Both the position numbers and the translations under genes were made by a program. A stretch of 64,000 nt of DNA. Origin: an uncultured Acidimicrobiia bacterium. GTDB lineage: Bacteria > Actinomycetota > Acidimicrobiia > Spongiisociales > UBA5794. A model generated the notes under the pieces. That model ran no database searches, was not told the DNA's origin, and saw nothing but the letters and a program-made list of their open reading frames with translations. Shown one piece after another: positions 32,418 through 42,808 of this stretch (the first letter of the stretch is position 1; each line of letters begins with the position of its first letter). Location: NCBI GenBank assembly GCA_963714055.1, contig OY970227.1, forward strand, positions 1,141,330-1,205,329, given 5' to 3'.

Positions 32418-35400
32418 TCACACCGGCATCTCGGCCCGCTCCGGCCGTGAGATGTCGATCCCCAGCGAGATCGCGGTGCGGTACACGTCGTCCTCGAGGT
32501 CCTTGAGCTCGACTTCCTCGCCGGCCGAGAGCATCTCGACGTTGAGGCACAGGCTCTGCATCTCCTTGATGAGCACCTTGAACGACTCGGGGATGCCCGG
32601 CTCGGGGATGTTCTCGCCCTTGACGATCGCCTCGTAGACCTTCACCCGGCCTCTGACGTCGTCGGACTTGATGGTGAGCAGCTCCTGGAGGGCGTAGGCG
32701 GCGCCGTACGCCTCGAGGGCCCACACCTCCATCTCCCCGAATCTCTGCCCGCCGAACTGGGCCTTCCCTCCGAGCGGCTGCTGGGTGATCATCGAGTACG
32801 GGCCGGTCGACCGGGCGTGGATCTTCTCGTCGACCAGGTGGACCAGCTTGAGCATGTAGATGTACCCGACGGTGATCGGCGAGTCGAACCGCTCGCCGGT
32901 GCGCCCGTTGTACAGGACGGCCTTGCCGGTGTCGTCGACCAGCTTGTCGCCGTCGCGGTTGGGCTTGGCGACCTCGAGCAGCTTGAGGATCTCGGTCTCG
33001 CGGGCGCCGTCGAACACCGGGGTGGCCACGGTCTGCCACGGGTCGGCGCCGCCGGATGCCGGGCTGGGCAGGTCGCCGAACGACTCCCACCCCTGGGCGG
33101 CGGCCCACCCGAGGTGGGTCTCGAGGATCTGGCCGAGGTTCATCCGGGAAGGGACCCCCAGCGGCGACAGGATGATGTCGACCGGGGTGCCGTCCTCGAG
33201 GAACGGCATGTCCTCCTCGGGGAGGATCTTGGCGATGACGCCCTTGTTGCCGTGGCGGCCCGCCAGCTTGTCCCCCTCGGAGATCTTGCGGGCGGTGGCC
33301 ACGTAGACCCGGACCAGCTCGTTCATGCCCGGGGGCAGCTCGATGCCGTCCTCGCGCCGGAACTCCTTGACGGCGATCGCCTTGCCCGCCTCGCCGTGGG
33401 GCACCTTGAGCGAGACGTCGCGCACCTCGCGCGCCTTCTCGCCGAAGATGGCTCGCAGCAGCCGCTCCTCCGGCGTCAGCTCGGTCTCGCCCTTGGGGGT
33501 CACCTTGCCGACGAGGTAGTCGCCGGCGCTCACCTCGGCACCGATGCGGATGATGCCGCGGTCGTCGAGGTCGCGCAGCACCTCCTCGGCGACGTTGGGG
33601 ATGTCGCGGGTGATCTCCTCAGCCCCGAGGCGGGTGTCACGGGCCTCGATCTCGTGCTCCTCGATGTGGATCGAGGTCAGCAGGTCCTCCTTGACCGCCC
33701 GCTCCGACAGGATGATGGCATCCTGGAAGTTGTGCCCCTCCCAGGGCATGAAGGCGACGAGGAGGTTGCGGCCCAGGGCGAGCTCTCCGTTGTCGGTCGA
33801 GGGTCCGTCCGCCATCACGTCGCCCTTCTTCACCTTGTCGCCCTCGGCCACCAGCGGCTTCTGGTTGATGCAGGTTCCCTGGTTGGAGCGCTCGAACTTG
33901 CGCAGGGCCAGCGTGTGGCTCCGGTTGTCCGTGGCCTTGACCACGATGTGGTCGGCGGTGACCTCGGTCACCTGGCCGTCGACCGGGGAGAGGATGACCT
34001 CACCGGAGTCCTGGGCGGCGCGGGCTTCGACGCCGGTGCCGACGAGCGGGGCGTCGGCACGCAGCAGCGGGACCGCCTGGCGCTGCATGTTCGATCCCAT
34101 CAGCGCCCGGTTGGCGTCGTCGTGCTCGAGGAACGGGATGAGCGAGGTCGACACCGAGACGACCTGCTTCGGCGACACGTCCATGTAGTCGACGTCCGTG
34201 GGTGGCACGGTGTCGACGTCGCCGCCGGTCTTGCGCACCAGCACCCGCTCGTTGCGGAAGGAGCCGTCGGCGAGCAGCGGGGCGTTGGCCTGGGCGATGA
34301 CGTGGCCCTCCTCCTCGGATGCGGTGAGGTACTCGACGTCGTTGGTCACCTTCCCGTTGCGCACCCTCCGGTACGGCGTGGCGATGAACCCGTACTGGTT
34401 CACCGTGGCGTAACTGGCCAGCGAGCCGATGAGCCCGATGTTGGGGCCCTCGGGGGTCTCGATCGGGCACATCCGCCCGTAGTGCGACGGGTGGACGTCG
34501 CGCACCTCGAACCCGGCCCGCTCCCGCGACAGCCCGCCCGGCCCCAGCGCCGAGAGGCGACGGCGGTGGGTGAGGCTGGCCAGTGGGTTGGGCTGGTCCA
34601 TGAACTGGCTGAGCTGGCTGGTCCCGAAGAACTCCTTGATCGACGCCACCACCGGCCGGATGTTGATGAGGCTCTGTGGGGTGATCGCCTCGGGGTCCTG
34701 GGTGGTCATGCGCTCGCGGACCACACGCTCGAGGCGGCTCAAGCCGACCCGGATCTGGTTCTGGATGAGCTCGCCGACGGTGCGGACCCGCCGGTTGGCG
34801 AAGTTGTCGATGTCGTCCTCGCGGTAGCCCGGCTCGCCCTGGTGGAGGGCGATGAGGTAGCCGATGGCTTCGAGCACGTCTTTGTGGCTGAGCAGCCCGT
34901 GCTGGTCGGCGCGGTAGTCGTCGAGCGGCAGCGGTTCCCGGCCCATCTTCTGGTCGAGCTTGTAGCGCCCGACCTGGGTGAGGTCGTAGCGCTTCGAGTT
35001 GAAGAACAGCGTCTGGATGAGGCTGCGGGCGGAATCGACCGTGGTCAGCTCGCCCGGGCGCAGCTTGCGGTAGAGGTCGAGCAGTGCCTCGTCCTTGGTC
35101 GAGGTCGGGTCCTTCTCGAGCGTGGCCTCGATCAGCGGCGACCCGCCGAAGAGGGCGAGGATGTCCTCGTCGGTCTCGGCGAGCCCCAGGGCGCGGAGGA
35201 AGGTGGTGACGTACTGCCGGCGCTTGCGGTCGACCCGCACGCCCACCGTGTCCTTCTTGTCGATGTCGAACTCGAGCCAGGCGCCGCGGCCCGGAATGAC
35301 CTTGGCGGCGAACAGGTCCTTGTCGGAGGTCTTGTCGATGGTCCGGTCGAAGTACACCCCGGGAGAGCGAACCAGCTGGCTCACCACCACCCGCTCGGTG

Positions 35401-35771
35401 CCGTTGATGATGAAGGTGCCGTTCGGGGTCATCATCGGGAAGTCGCCGAGGAATACCCGCTGCTCCTTGATCTCCCCGGTCTCCTTGTTGATGAACCGGG
35501 CGGTCACGAAGAGTGGCTGGCAGTAGTTCTCGTCCTGCTCCTTGGCCTCCTCGATCGTCCGGACCGGCGCCTCGAAACGGTGCTCGACGAATTCGAGCGC
35601 CAAGTTCCCGGTGAAGTCCTCGATGGGTGACACCTCGGCGAAGATCTGCTTCAGGCCCTTCTCCAGGAACCAGGAGAACGAGTCGTGCTGCACGGACAGC
35701 AACCCGGGCAGGGGCTGCACCTCGGGGATCTTGGCGAACGAGAGACGAGGGTTACGCGCACGGTCAGCCAA
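32418..35771 (-). CDS. rpoB: DNA-directed RNA polymerase subunit beta
   Basis: 1117 aa. Confidence 0.95.
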   Translation of the reverse strand: MADRARNPRLSFAKIPEVQPLPGLLSVQHDSFSWFLEKGLKQIFAEVSPIEDFTGNLALEFVEHRFEAPVRTIEEAKEQDENYCQPLFVTARFINKETGEIKEQRVFLGDFPMMTPNGTFIINGTERVVVSQLVRSPGVYFDRTIDKTSDKDLFAAKVIPGRGAWLEFDIDKKDTVGVRVDRKRRQYVTTFLRALGLAETDEDILALFGGSPLIEATLEKDPTSTKDEALLDLYRKLRPGELTTVDSARSLIQTLFFNSKRYDLTQVGRYKLDQKMGREPLPLDDYRADQHGLLSHKDVLEAIGYLIALHQGEPGYREDDIDNFANRRVRTVGELIQNQIRVGLSRLERVVRERMTTQDPEAITPQSLINIRPVVASIKEFFGTSQLSQFMDQPNPLASLTHRRRLSALGPGGLSRERAGFEVRDVHPSHYGRMCPIETPEGPNIGLIGSLASYATVNQYGFIATPYRRVRNGKVTNDVEYLTASEEEGHVIAQANAPLLADGSFRNERVLVRKTGGDVDTVPPTDVDYMDVSPKQVVSVSTSLIPFLEHDDANRALMGSNMQRQAVPLLRADAPLVGTGVEARAAQDSGEVILSPVDGQVTEVTADHIVVKATDNRSHTLALRKFERSNQGTCINQKPLVAEGDKVKKGDVMADGPSTDNGELALGRNLLVAFMPWEGHNFQDAIILSERAVKEDLLTSIHIEEHEIEARDTRLGAEEITRDIPNVAEEVLRDLDDRGIIRIGAEVSAGDYLVGKVTPKGETELTPEERLLRAIFGEKAREVRDVSLKVPHGEAGKAIAVKEFRREDGIELPPGMNELVRVYVATARKISEGDKLAGRHGNKGVIAKILPEEDMPFLEDGTPVDIILSPLGVPSRMNLGQILETHLGWAAAQGWESFGDLPSPASGGADPWQTVATPVFDGARETEILKLLEVAKPNRDGDKLVDDTGKAVLYNGRTGERFDSPITVGYIYMLKLVHLVDEKIHARSTGPYSMITQQPLGGKAQFGGQRFGEMEVWALEAYGAAYALQELLTIKSDDVRGRVKVYEAIVKGENIPEPGIPESFKVLIKEMQSLCLNVEMLSAGEEVELKDLEDDVYRTAISLGIDISRPERAEMPV

Positions 35772-36036
35772 GAGAGGGTTCCTCCTGTGGGCGAGGGGCG
35801 GGGGCCGGGTGGATGGTGTCGAGCGGGGGGCGGAACGGAAGGGACGGGCAGGTGGGGCGGGTCAGCGTGAACGCGTCCGGACGAACGAAAGGCCAGGATA
35901 GCACATGACTATCCCAGCTCCGGCTGGCGGGAGTCGCAAAGAAGCGTTCAACTGGCGGACGTACCGTAACCGCGAAGTCCGTCGACTGTCAAGGGTCCGT
36001 TCTTTCCCTTTTCCCCTCCCCACTTCGGTCTCCCTT

Positions 36037-36061
36037 CCCCTCCCCGCTTCGTGGGGAGGGG
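36037..36061. terminator. Hairpin CCCCTCCCC-gcttcgt-GGGGAGGGG in the rplL-rpoB spacer (attenuator/terminator); same stem sequence as the rpoC 3' hairpin
   Basis: Read directly from sequence. A partial extra arm CCCCTCCCC lies at 36013-36021. Confidence 0.5.
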
Positions 36062-36215
36062 TGGCTGCTACACCGGCCGAAGGCAGCAGGGCAGACGGGG
36101 AGGGGGCTCGTTCGATGGGACACCGAACCGGTCCGCCATGCGTGGGACTCAGCCCCGAGCGCTGGCGCGTGCTTTCGCCTCGCGACGTGCGTGGTCGCCC
36201 TTCGAGTACCGACGC

Positions 36216-36608
36216 CTACTTGAGTTCCACAGTGGCGCCGGCTGCCTCGAGGGCGGCCTTGGCCTTCTCGGCGGTCTCCTTGTCGACGCCCTCGAGCACC
36301 GGGTTGGGAGCGCCGTCGACCAGGTCCTTGGCGTCCTTCAACCCGAGGCTGGTCAGCCCGCGGACCTCTTTGATCACCTGGATCTTCTGGTCGCCGACCC
36401 CGGCCAGGATGACGTCGAACTCGTCCTTCTCCTCTTCGACGGCGGCGGCCGCCTCACCTCCGCCGGCTGCCGGGGCGGCGACGGCGACGGGAGCGGCGGC
36501 GGTGACGTCGAAGTGCTCCTCGAACGCCTTCACGAACTCGGACAGCTCCAGCACGGTCATGCTGTCGAAGATGCTCAACAGGTCGTCGGTCGTTGGGGTG
36601 GTGGCCAT
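36216..36608 (-). CDS. rplL: 50S ribosomal protein L7/L12
   Basis: 130 aa starting [31 protein letters not shown]. Confidence 0.92.
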   Translation of the reverse strand: MATTPTTDDLLSIFDSMTVLELSEFVKAFEEHFDVTAAAPVAVAAPAAGGGEAAAAVEEEKDEFDVILAGVGDQKIQVIKEVRGLTSLGLKDAKDLVDGAPNPVLEGVDKETAEKAKAALEAAGATVELK

Positions 36609-37567
36609 CAGTTCTCCTCCTCGGCCTCGGCGGCTGTCTCGTCCTCGGCCTCGGCGGCCGTCTCGTCCTTGGTCTCTACTTCTCCGTCGCCGGGTTCCCC
36701 GGGCTCGTCGGTCTCGGTGACCGCATCGGTCTCGGCGGGGGCATCGGGCTCGGTGGCTACATCGTCGGTCTCGGTGACCTCGGCGGTCGCGGCTTCATCG
36801 ACCGGCTCGGCGGTCACGTCCGCATCGACGACCGCGTCGGTCTCAGCCGCGTCGGTCTCAGCCGCTTCGGGCTCGGCAGCCGCTTCGGGCTCGGCAGCCG
36901 CTTCGGGCTCGGCAGCCTCATCGACGGGCTCGGTGGTTTCGTCGGTCTCGGCAGCCGCGTCGACCGGCTCCGCTTCACCCTCGGCCGTGTCGTCGCCCGA
37001 CGAGTCGGCGGGCGGCTCCGGGGACGGCTCGGCGGCGGGTGCGGGCTCCTCCGCGGCCTTCCTCTCCAGCAGTGCCTGGAGCACGGTCGCCGCCCCGCGG
37101 GGCAGCGCGGCGAGGAGCCCGGCCATGGCGGCGGTCGGCGACTTGAACAGGCCGGCCAGCTTGGACAGCAGCACGTCGCGGGGCTCGATGTCGGCGAGTT
37201 GGCGGATCCGCTCGGGGGTCAGCAGCGTGGTGCCGAGCAGCCCACCCTTGATGGTGAACACGTCGTTGGCGGCGGCGAAGTCCTTGAGCACCTTGGCGGC
37301 GGCGACCGCATCGCCGTCGGCGAAGGTCAGCCCCGTCGGGCCCACCAGCATCGCGTCCAGCTCGGCGAGATCGAGCTCGTCGGCGGCCCGCCTCGCCAGG
37401 GTCATCTTGACGACCTGGAACTCGGCACCCTGTGCCTTGAGGCTGCGGCGCAGCGCCTGCTGAGCCTTCACCGACAGGCCGGCATACTCGGCGAGGAACA
37501 CCGCCTGGGCTCCGGCGAGCCGGTCCTTGATCTCACTGACCGCCGCAACCTTGTCGGGTCTCGGCAT
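36608..37567 (-). CDS. rplJ: 50S ribosomal protein L10 with about 145-aa acidic low-complexity C-terminal extension
   Basis: L10 core [33 protein letters not shown]… runs to about residue 175. It continues in frame as …[22 protein letters not shown]…[25 protein letters not shown]…[12 protein letters not shown]. The stop abuts the rplL start. Confidence 0.8.
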   Translation of the reverse strand: MPRPDKVAAVSEIKDRLAGAQAVFLAEYAGLSVKAQQALRRSLKAQGAEFQVVKMTLARRAADELDLAELDAMLVGPTGLTFADGDAVAAAKVLKDFAAANDVFTIKGGLLGTTLLTPERIRQLADIEPRDVLLSKLAGLFKSPTAAMAGLLAALPRGAATVLQALLERKAAEEPAPAAEPSPEPPADSSGDDTAEGEAEPVDAAAETDETTEPVDEAAEPEAAAEPEAAAEPEAAETDAAETDAVVDADVTAEPVDEAATAEVTETDDVATEPDAPAETDAVTETDEPGEPGDGEVETKDETAAEAEDETAAEAEEEN

Positions 37568-38171
37568 GTCACGTCCTTCTCTCGGGTCGCTGATTCACGG
37601 TCGGCACACCCCCGACCGTCGACCTGCGCCGGCAAGTGAAAGCTCCCGGGCGAGGGACCGCACGGGAGCCTGTGGTCGACCACCTTCGTCGCTGACGAGG
37701 GCGGTCGCTGGCAACCTGCGCCGGCGTCGCCTCGGCGACTTCACGCCCTCTCGGGCACCTGCGGTCTCGGGTCGGATGGGTTGTGAGGCCAGGAGGGTAG
37801 CCCGGTACGGGAACGGAGGCCAAACGAGCCTCCGCCGTAAGCGCGAAGAGCCATGAGCCCCCGCGTGAGCCCCCGGGGGGCTCAGCTCGAGGTACGGGGA
37901 TCGGCGCCCGGGAGGGCGTCGTTCTTGGTGATTCGGGCAGACGGCGGGCCAGGAAGCCATCCACTCGCTCCACCAATGGCGACCAGGGTAGGGGCTGGTC
38001 ATCGATGCCACCGGTGGTTGGAAGGACAGCCCTCTCGACGGTGGTGGATCGTCAAGACCGGTCGCTCGATCCCCGTGATCTGTCAACACCCGTAGTGTAG
38101 CCGGAGCCACCAGGCGCCGGTCAAGCGCGTTTTCGTACTTTCGGCGCACGGCCGACGCGGGTCGAGCGGGC
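37568..38171 (-). promoter_or_regulatory. Long non-coding leader between rplA and rplJ (L10 leader region)
   Basis: 604 bp with no coding-like ORF, at the position of the L10(L12)4-binding leader in other bacteria. Confidence 0.4.
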
Positions 38172-38888
38172 TCAGCGCAACGAGCGGACCATGTCGTCGA
38201 TCTCCGACGGGTCGATGCGAACTCCGGGGCCCATCGTCGACGACACCGCCACCCGGCGGATGAACCGGCCCTTGGCCGAGGCGGGTCTGCTGCGCACGAG
38301 CTCCTCGGCGACCGCAGCCAGGTTCTCGGTGAGCTGGGGCACCTCGAAGGTGACCCGGCCGATGGGGACATGCACGTTGCCGTACCGATCGTTCCGGTAT
38401 TCCACCCGGCCGGCCTTGAACTCGGAGACCGCGGTGCCGATGTCGGCCGTCACCGTGCCCGACTTGGGGTTGGGCATCAGGCCGCGGGGACCGAGGATGG
38501 GCCCGAGCTTGCCGACGTGGGGCATCATCGACGGGGTGGCCACAGCCATGTCGAAGTCGAGGGCGCGGCCGGCGCCGAGCTCCTCGGCCAGCTCCTTCCC
38601 ACCGACCAGGTCGGCCCCGGCCGCCTCGGCCGCCTTGGCGTCGTCGCCATCGGCGAAGGCGATGATGCGAACCGTCTTCCCGGTGCCATGGGGCAGCGAC
38701 ACCGTCCCACGCACCAGCTGGTCCGCCTTGCGGGCGTCGATCCCCAACTGGAACACGGCGTCGACCCCCTCGACGAACTTGGCATGGGCCAGCGCCTTGA
38801 CCAGCTCGAGGGCGTCGCCGGGCGCGTGCAGCGTCAGCTTGTCGTAGCGGCGGGCCGCTTCGGCCTGCGCCTTGGTGAGTCGTGCCAT
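38172..38888 (-). CDS. rplA: 50S ribosomal protein L1
   Basis: 238 aa. Confidence 0.9.
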   Translation of the reverse strand: MARLTKAQAEAARRYDKLTLHAPGDALELVKALAHAKFVEGVDAVFQLGIDARKADQLVRGTVSLPHGTGKTVRIIAFADGDDAKAAEAAGADLVGGKELAEELGAGRALDFDMAVATPSMMPHVGKLGPILGPRGLMPNPKSGTVTADIGTAVSEFKAGRVEYRNDRYGNVHVPIGRVTFEVPQLTENLAAVAEELVRSRPASAKGRFIRRVAVSSTMGPGVRIDPSEIDDMVRSLR

Positions 38889-38985
38889 TACCTCTCCTTG
38901 GTGGTCCGGACGGGGCCGGCGGCCCCTCCCACGGTGACGCCCGGTGTTCTCGGGCGCGGTGTCGCTGTCAACCGGTCGGCAGCGG

Positions 38986-39414
38986 TCAGCCGTCGACCGT
39001 GATCCCCATCGAGCGGGCGGTGCCCTCGACCACCTTCATCGCCGCGTCGATGTCGTTGGCGTTGAGGTCGGGCATCTTGGTCTCGGCGATCTGACGCACC
39101 TGCGCCCGGGTCACAGAGCCCACCTTCTCCTTGTGTGGCTCGGCCGAGCCCTTCTCCACGCGTGCCGCCTGGCGGAGCATCACGGCCGCCGGCGGGGTCT
39201 TGGTGACGAAGGTGAAGCTCCGGTCCTCGTAGATCGAGATCTCCACCGGGACGATCGTTCCCGTCTGGCTCGACGTGGCGTCGTTGTACGCCTTGACGAA
39301 CTCCATGATGTTGACCCCGTGCTGCCCCAGCGCCGGCCCCACCGGCGGGGCGGGGCTCGCCTGCCCGGCGGGGATCTGCAGCTTGAGCACGGTCACCAGC
39401 CGCTTGCGGCCCAT
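38986..39414 (-). CDS. rplK: 50S ribosomal protein L11
   Basis: 142 aa with [17 protein letters not shown]. Confidence 0.9.
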   Translation of the reverse strand: MGRKRLVTVLKLQIPAGQASPAPPVGPALGQHGVNIMEFVKAYNDATSSQTGTIVPVEISIYEDRSFTFVTKTPPAAVMLRQAARVEKGSAEPHKEKVGSVTRAQVRQIAETKMPDLNANDIDAAMKVVEGTARSMGITVDG

Positions 39415-39424
39415 GCGATGTCTC

Positions 39425-40279
39425 CTAGAACTTGAGGATCTGGTCGAAGTTGAGCTCGACCGGGGTCTCCCGGCCGAAGATGTCGACGAGCACGGTCACC
39501 TTGGACTGATCGACGTTGATGTCCTCGATGACGCCGTTGAAGTCGGCGAAGGGCCCTTCGACCACGCGCACCGTCTCCCCGACCTCCCAGGCCGGCTTGA
39601 ACCGTGGCTCCTTCTTCTCCTCCTCGTCCTTGCGCACGCCGAGGATCCGCTCGACCTCCCGACGGCTCAACGGGGTCGGCTTGGAGCCCGACCCGACGAA
39701 GCCGGTAACGCCCGGCGTGTTCCGCACGGCGTACCAGGTGTCGTCGTCCATGAACAGCCGCACCAGGATGTACCCGGGGAACTTCTTGCGCAGGACGTTG
39801 ACCTTCTTGCCGCCCTTGAACTCGACGACCTCCTCGAGCGGGATGACGACATCGAAGACCTTGTCCTCGAGGTGCATCGACTTCACCCGGGTGCTGAGGT
39901 TCGCCTTGACCTTGTTCTCGTAGCCCGAGTACGAATGGACGACGTACCACGAGCCGGGCAGGTCGTACGGGCTGGCCGGGGTCAGGTCGGCCGTGGCGGC
40001 GTCGCCGGCGGCGAGGTCGTCGTCGCCTTCGGCGGCGTCTCCCTCGACCGGGGCTTCGACGGAGCCGGCGGCGGAGGTGTCCCCCTGGGCGGCGGCTGTG
40101 TCCCCGGGCCCGGCGCGCTCGACGGTGGCCGGCTCGTCGGCGGCCTCGTCGAGGTCGACGTCGGAAGCACTGTCGAGATCGACGTCGGAAGCACTGTCGA
40201 GATCGACGTCGGCGGCACTCTCGAGATCGACCTCGGGCGCGTCTTCGTGGATGGTGGACGTGGTGTCGTTGGTGGTCAT
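39425..40279 (-). CDS. nusG: Transcription termination/antitermination factor NusG with acidic repeat-containing N-terminal extension
   Basis: NGN domain [14 protein letters not shown] plus KOW at the C-terminus. The N-terminal 110 aa are D/A/E/T-rich with VDLDSASD repeats. Confidence 0.9.
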   Translation of the reverse strand: MTTNDTTSTIHEDAPEVDLESAADVDLDSASDVDLDSASDVDLDEAADEPATVERAGPGDTAAAQGDTSAAGSVEAPVEGDAAEGDDDLAAGDAATADLTPASPYDLPGSWYVVHSYSGYENKVKANLSTRVKSMHLEDKVFDVVIPLEEVVEFKGGKKVNVLRKKFPGYILVRLFMDDDTWYAVRNTPGVTGFVGSGSKPTPLSRREVERILGVRKDEEEKKEPRFKPAWEVGETVRVVEGPFADFNGVIEDINVDQSKVTVLVDIFGRETPVELNFDQILKF

Positions 40280-40282
40280 GGG

Positions 40283-40567
40283 TCAGTCGACGCGGAGCAG
40301 GGCGAGCACGGCCGTCTTGAAGAGGAAGTCCAGGCCGAAGGTGTAGGCGCCGACGACGGCGGTCACCACCAACACCACCACGGTGTAGGTGACCGTTTGG
40401 GATCGCGTCGGCCAGGCGACGCGCTTGAGCTCCTGGCGCACCTCGCGCAGGTACTGCCGGAAGCCGGTCCGCTCCTTCGCCTTGGGCTTCTTACCCTCGG
40501 CGCGGCGTTTGCGGGCCAGCTCCTCGTCCTTCTCGAGCATGCGACGCTGCTCTCGGTTCGCCAACGA
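40283..40567 (-). CDS. secE: Preprotein translocase subunit SecE (TTG start after AGGAGG; an ATG 27 nt downstream is the alternative)
   Basis: C-terminal TM helix WPTRSQTVTYTVVVLVVTAVVGAYTF. Lies between nusG and tRNA-Trp. Confidence 0.7.
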   Translation of the reverse strand, partial: SLANREQRRMLEKDEELARKRRAEGKKPKAKERTGFRQYLREVRQELKRVAWPTRSQTVTYTVVVLVVTAVVGAYTFGLDFLFKTAVLALLRVD

Positions 40568-40665
40568 TCCTCCTCGGGCCTCGGCGCCACCGCCTCGGCT
40601 GTCATGCTGTCTGGGCTGTTGCCCTTGCTGCGCTCTCGGGGGTGCCCTGGCAGGGCTGCGCACGC

Positions 40666-40738
40666 AGGGGTGGCGGGACTCGAACCCACAACCTCCGGTT
40701 TTGGAGACCGGCGCTCTGCCAATTAGAGCTACACCCCT
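40666..40738 (-). tRNA. trpT: tRNA-Trp (anticodon CCA)
   Basis: Minus-strand sequence AGGGGTGTAGCTCTAATTGGCAGAGCGCCGGTCTCCAAAACCGGAGGTTGTGGGTTCGAGTCCCGCCACCCCTG. Cloverleaf with anticodon loop CTCCAAA. Confidence 0.85.
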
Positions 40739-40887
40739 CCGGAGCCTGAGCTCGGACGCCGGAGTATATGGGCCGGTCCCCGACAGTGTAAACCAGCCGG
40801 CCGGGCTCCCGGTCGAGGCCCACGGGCGTTGCCGGGCCTCCCGGGACCACCCGATAGCATCCCTGGCCATGGACCCTCTTGCGACGA

Positions 40888-41105
40888 CCACGGCCCACGA
40901 TGGGGTAGGGGCCCCATCTGCGGGAGGAGGCGAGCGCAGCGAGCCGGGCAGAAGCGCAGCCCGCGATGGGGTAGGGGCCCCATCTGCGGGAGGAGGCGAG
41001 CGCAGCGAGCCGGGCAGAAGCGCAGCCCACGATGGGGTAGGGGCCCCATCTGCGGGAGGAGGCGAGCGCAGCGAGCCGGGCAGAAGCGCAGCCCACGATG
41101 GGGTA
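40888..41105. repeat. Tandem array of 3.3 copies of a 66-bp unit, each with hairpin GATGGGGTAGGGGCCCCATC plus GGGAGGAGG
   Basis: Unit starts recur at 40888, 40954, 41020 and 41086, which is period 66. The last copy is truncated. Confidence 0.8.
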
Positions 41106-41152
41106 GGGGCCCCTCCACGTGGTCCAGGGCCCCGTTCTCGACGGGCGGCCGG

Positions 41153-41563
41153 TTGAGCGACTTCGTCACGGCGGGTGGGTGGCGCATTGACCCGGCGGCC
41201 CTGGAGTGGACCGCCAGCCGCCCGGGCGGTCCCGGCGGCCAGCATGCCAACACCAGTGACACCGCGGTCACGGTCACCATCGACGTCCCAGCAGCCGGGC
41301 TCCCCATCCCGGTGCGAGACCGGGTCGTCTCGGTGTTGGGAGAGAAGGTCTCCGCCCGAGCCGCCGATACCCGCTCGCAGTGGCGGAACCGGCAGCTCGC
41401 CTGGCAGCGGCTGTCGGCGCGCATCGACGCCGCCGCCACCCCGCCACGCACCCGGCTCCCGACAACGCCCACCCGGGCGTCGCGGGAGCGGCGCCTCGAC
41501 CGCAAGCGGCGGCGCAGCGAGGTGAAGCGGGCCCGCCGCCGTGGATGGGACGAGGATGGGTGA
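41153..41563 (+). CDS. arfB: Peptidyl-tRNA hydrolase ArfB (alternative ribosome-rescue factor B), probable TTG start
   Basis: RPGGPGGQHANTSDTAVT (GGQ motif) and basic C-terminal tail TRASRERRLDRKRRRSEVKRARR. This is in the frame of tool ORF 40829..41563, whose upstream part is repeat DNA. Confidence 0.65.
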   Translation: MSDFVTAGGWRIDPAALEWTASRPGGPGGQHANTSDTAVTVTIDVPAAGLPIPVRDRVVSVLGEKVSARAADTRSQWRNRQLAWQRLSARIDAAATPPRTRLPTTPTRASRERRLDRKRRRSEVKRARRRGWDEDG

Positions 41564-41575
41564 CCGCGCCGGTGC

Positions 41576-41722
41576 TCAGCCGCGCCCGCGCCCGGTCAGC
41601 GCGGCCAGCTCGGCGGCCGCTCGGTGGCGGCGGCGGTCGTAGCGCGATCGTCTGAGCCTCGGCATCGGGGACGAGACGGGCAGCGTGGCCATGATCTTGG
41701 CGGACAGGCGCTGGGCAGACAT
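41576..41722 (-). CDS. Small basic 48-aa protein of unknown function with canonical AAGGAGG RBS
   Basis: ATG at 41720-41722 is preceded by AAGGAGGTCTC. Product is MSAQRLSAKIMATLPVSSPMPRLRRSRYDRRRHRAAAELAALTGRGRG. Confidence 0.4.
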   Translation of the reverse strand: MSAQRLSAKIMATLPVSSPMPRLRRSRYDRRRHRAAAELAALTGRGRG

Positions 41723-41793
41723 GAGACCTCCTTGCGGAACGGGATCCGCCGGGAGCCCACCTGATACGAGGAACGTCGCCGGCGCCGCCGGTA

Positions 41794-42636
41794 TCAGACG
41801 ACCGTGGCGGAGCGGGCGATCGCCGTCCCTGTCACCAGGTCGGTGCCGTCGCGCTGCAACGCCAGGGCGATCGAGGTCAGGTGGTCGCTGACCGGGCCGG
41901 CGTTGCACACCACCCTGGCCTCCTCGGCCGGGGCCAGCGAGGCCCGAAAGCGCAGCCGGAGGTCGGCGAGCGGGTCGGTACGGAAGCGACCCTCGGTGGC
42001 GGACGCCGCCTGTGCCAGCCATGCCGCCATGAGCAGGCCGTGCACGACGATGCCGTCCAGCCCGGCCGCCCGGGCGGAGTCGTGGTCGAAGTGGATCGGG
42101 TTGAAGTCGCCCGAGGCGGCGGCGTAGCGCACCAGATCGAGCCGGCTCGCCCCCCTGAAGGCGGCGAAGCCGCCGTCACCGGGCACCGACCCGGAGGTCA
42201 CCTCGGGCTCGCCGCGGTCGGGCCCCGGCTCCCCCGCCGGTTCCGCCCCCATCAGGAACGTCGACGACGAGGAGACCAGTGGCTCGCCCTCCGACGTCAT
42301 CTCGACGTCGAGTCCGACGAAGCTGAGCGGACCGCGACTGCGCACCTTGGACACCGTGCCCTCGACCACGACGGCAAGCTCGACGGCGAGGGTGTGGTGC
42401 CAGGTGAACCGCTGGTCGGTGTGCACCAGCACCCGGGTGCTCTTCCCCACGTCGGGGTCGCCGATCAGCAGCGGCGCCACGGTGAAGAGCAGGGCGGCGG
42501 CGTAGCCGGGCGGTGCCGCAGCTCGCCACCGCTCGGGATCGTCGCCGGTCGCGGCCACGAAGTCGGCGACCCGCTCGGCTGTTATCCGGGTGTTCACCGG
42601 CCCGTAGGTTCTCCCCTGGAGCGCCTCCAGCGACAT
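41794..42636 (-). CDS. Double-hotdog MaoC-like (R)-specific enoyl-CoA/hydroxyacyl-ACP dehydratase (HadAB-like by position)
   Basis: 280 aa. The C-terminal half has the MaoC signature GDFNPIHFD. The N-terminal half is a non-catalytic hotdog. Confidence 0.7.
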   Translation of the reverse strand: MSLEALQGRTYGPVNTRITAERVADFVAATGDDPERWRAAAPPGYAAALLFTVAPLLIGDPDVGKSTRVLVHTDQRFTWHHTLAVELAVVVEGTVSKVRSRGPLSFVGLDVEMTSEGEPLVSSSSTFLMGAEPAGEPGPDRGEPEVTSGSVPGDGGFAAFRGASRLDLVRYAAASGDFNPIHFDHDSARAAGLDGIVVHGLLMAAWLAQAASATEGRFRTDPLADLRLRFRASLAPAEEARVVCNAGPVSDHLTSIALALQRDGTDLVTGTAIARSATVV

Positions 42637-42808
42637 GGCCGGAGGCTACGCCGTCAGGCGGAGACTCGGCGATGGGGGCTGGGGGTCCCCCATCGCAACG
42701 CGATGAGCCGTCAGGCGAAGAGCCATGAAACAGAGCGTACCGCCCCATATTCGCCGAACCTGAGGTTCCTACCTACCGGAGCGACACGTCAGAGCCTCAG
42801 GTTCGCAG

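Noticed and set aside
36051-37639. Two long plus-strand ORFs (470 and 348 aa) over rplL/rplJ
   Set aside because: Antisense to ribosomal protein genes. Ser/Ala/Gly-rich translations come from the complement of GAG/GCC codon runs.
40888-41105. Possible CRISPR array
   Set aside because: The repeats are whole 66-bp units in direct tandem with no unique spacers, and no cas genes are nearby. It is a VNTR-like tandem repeat.
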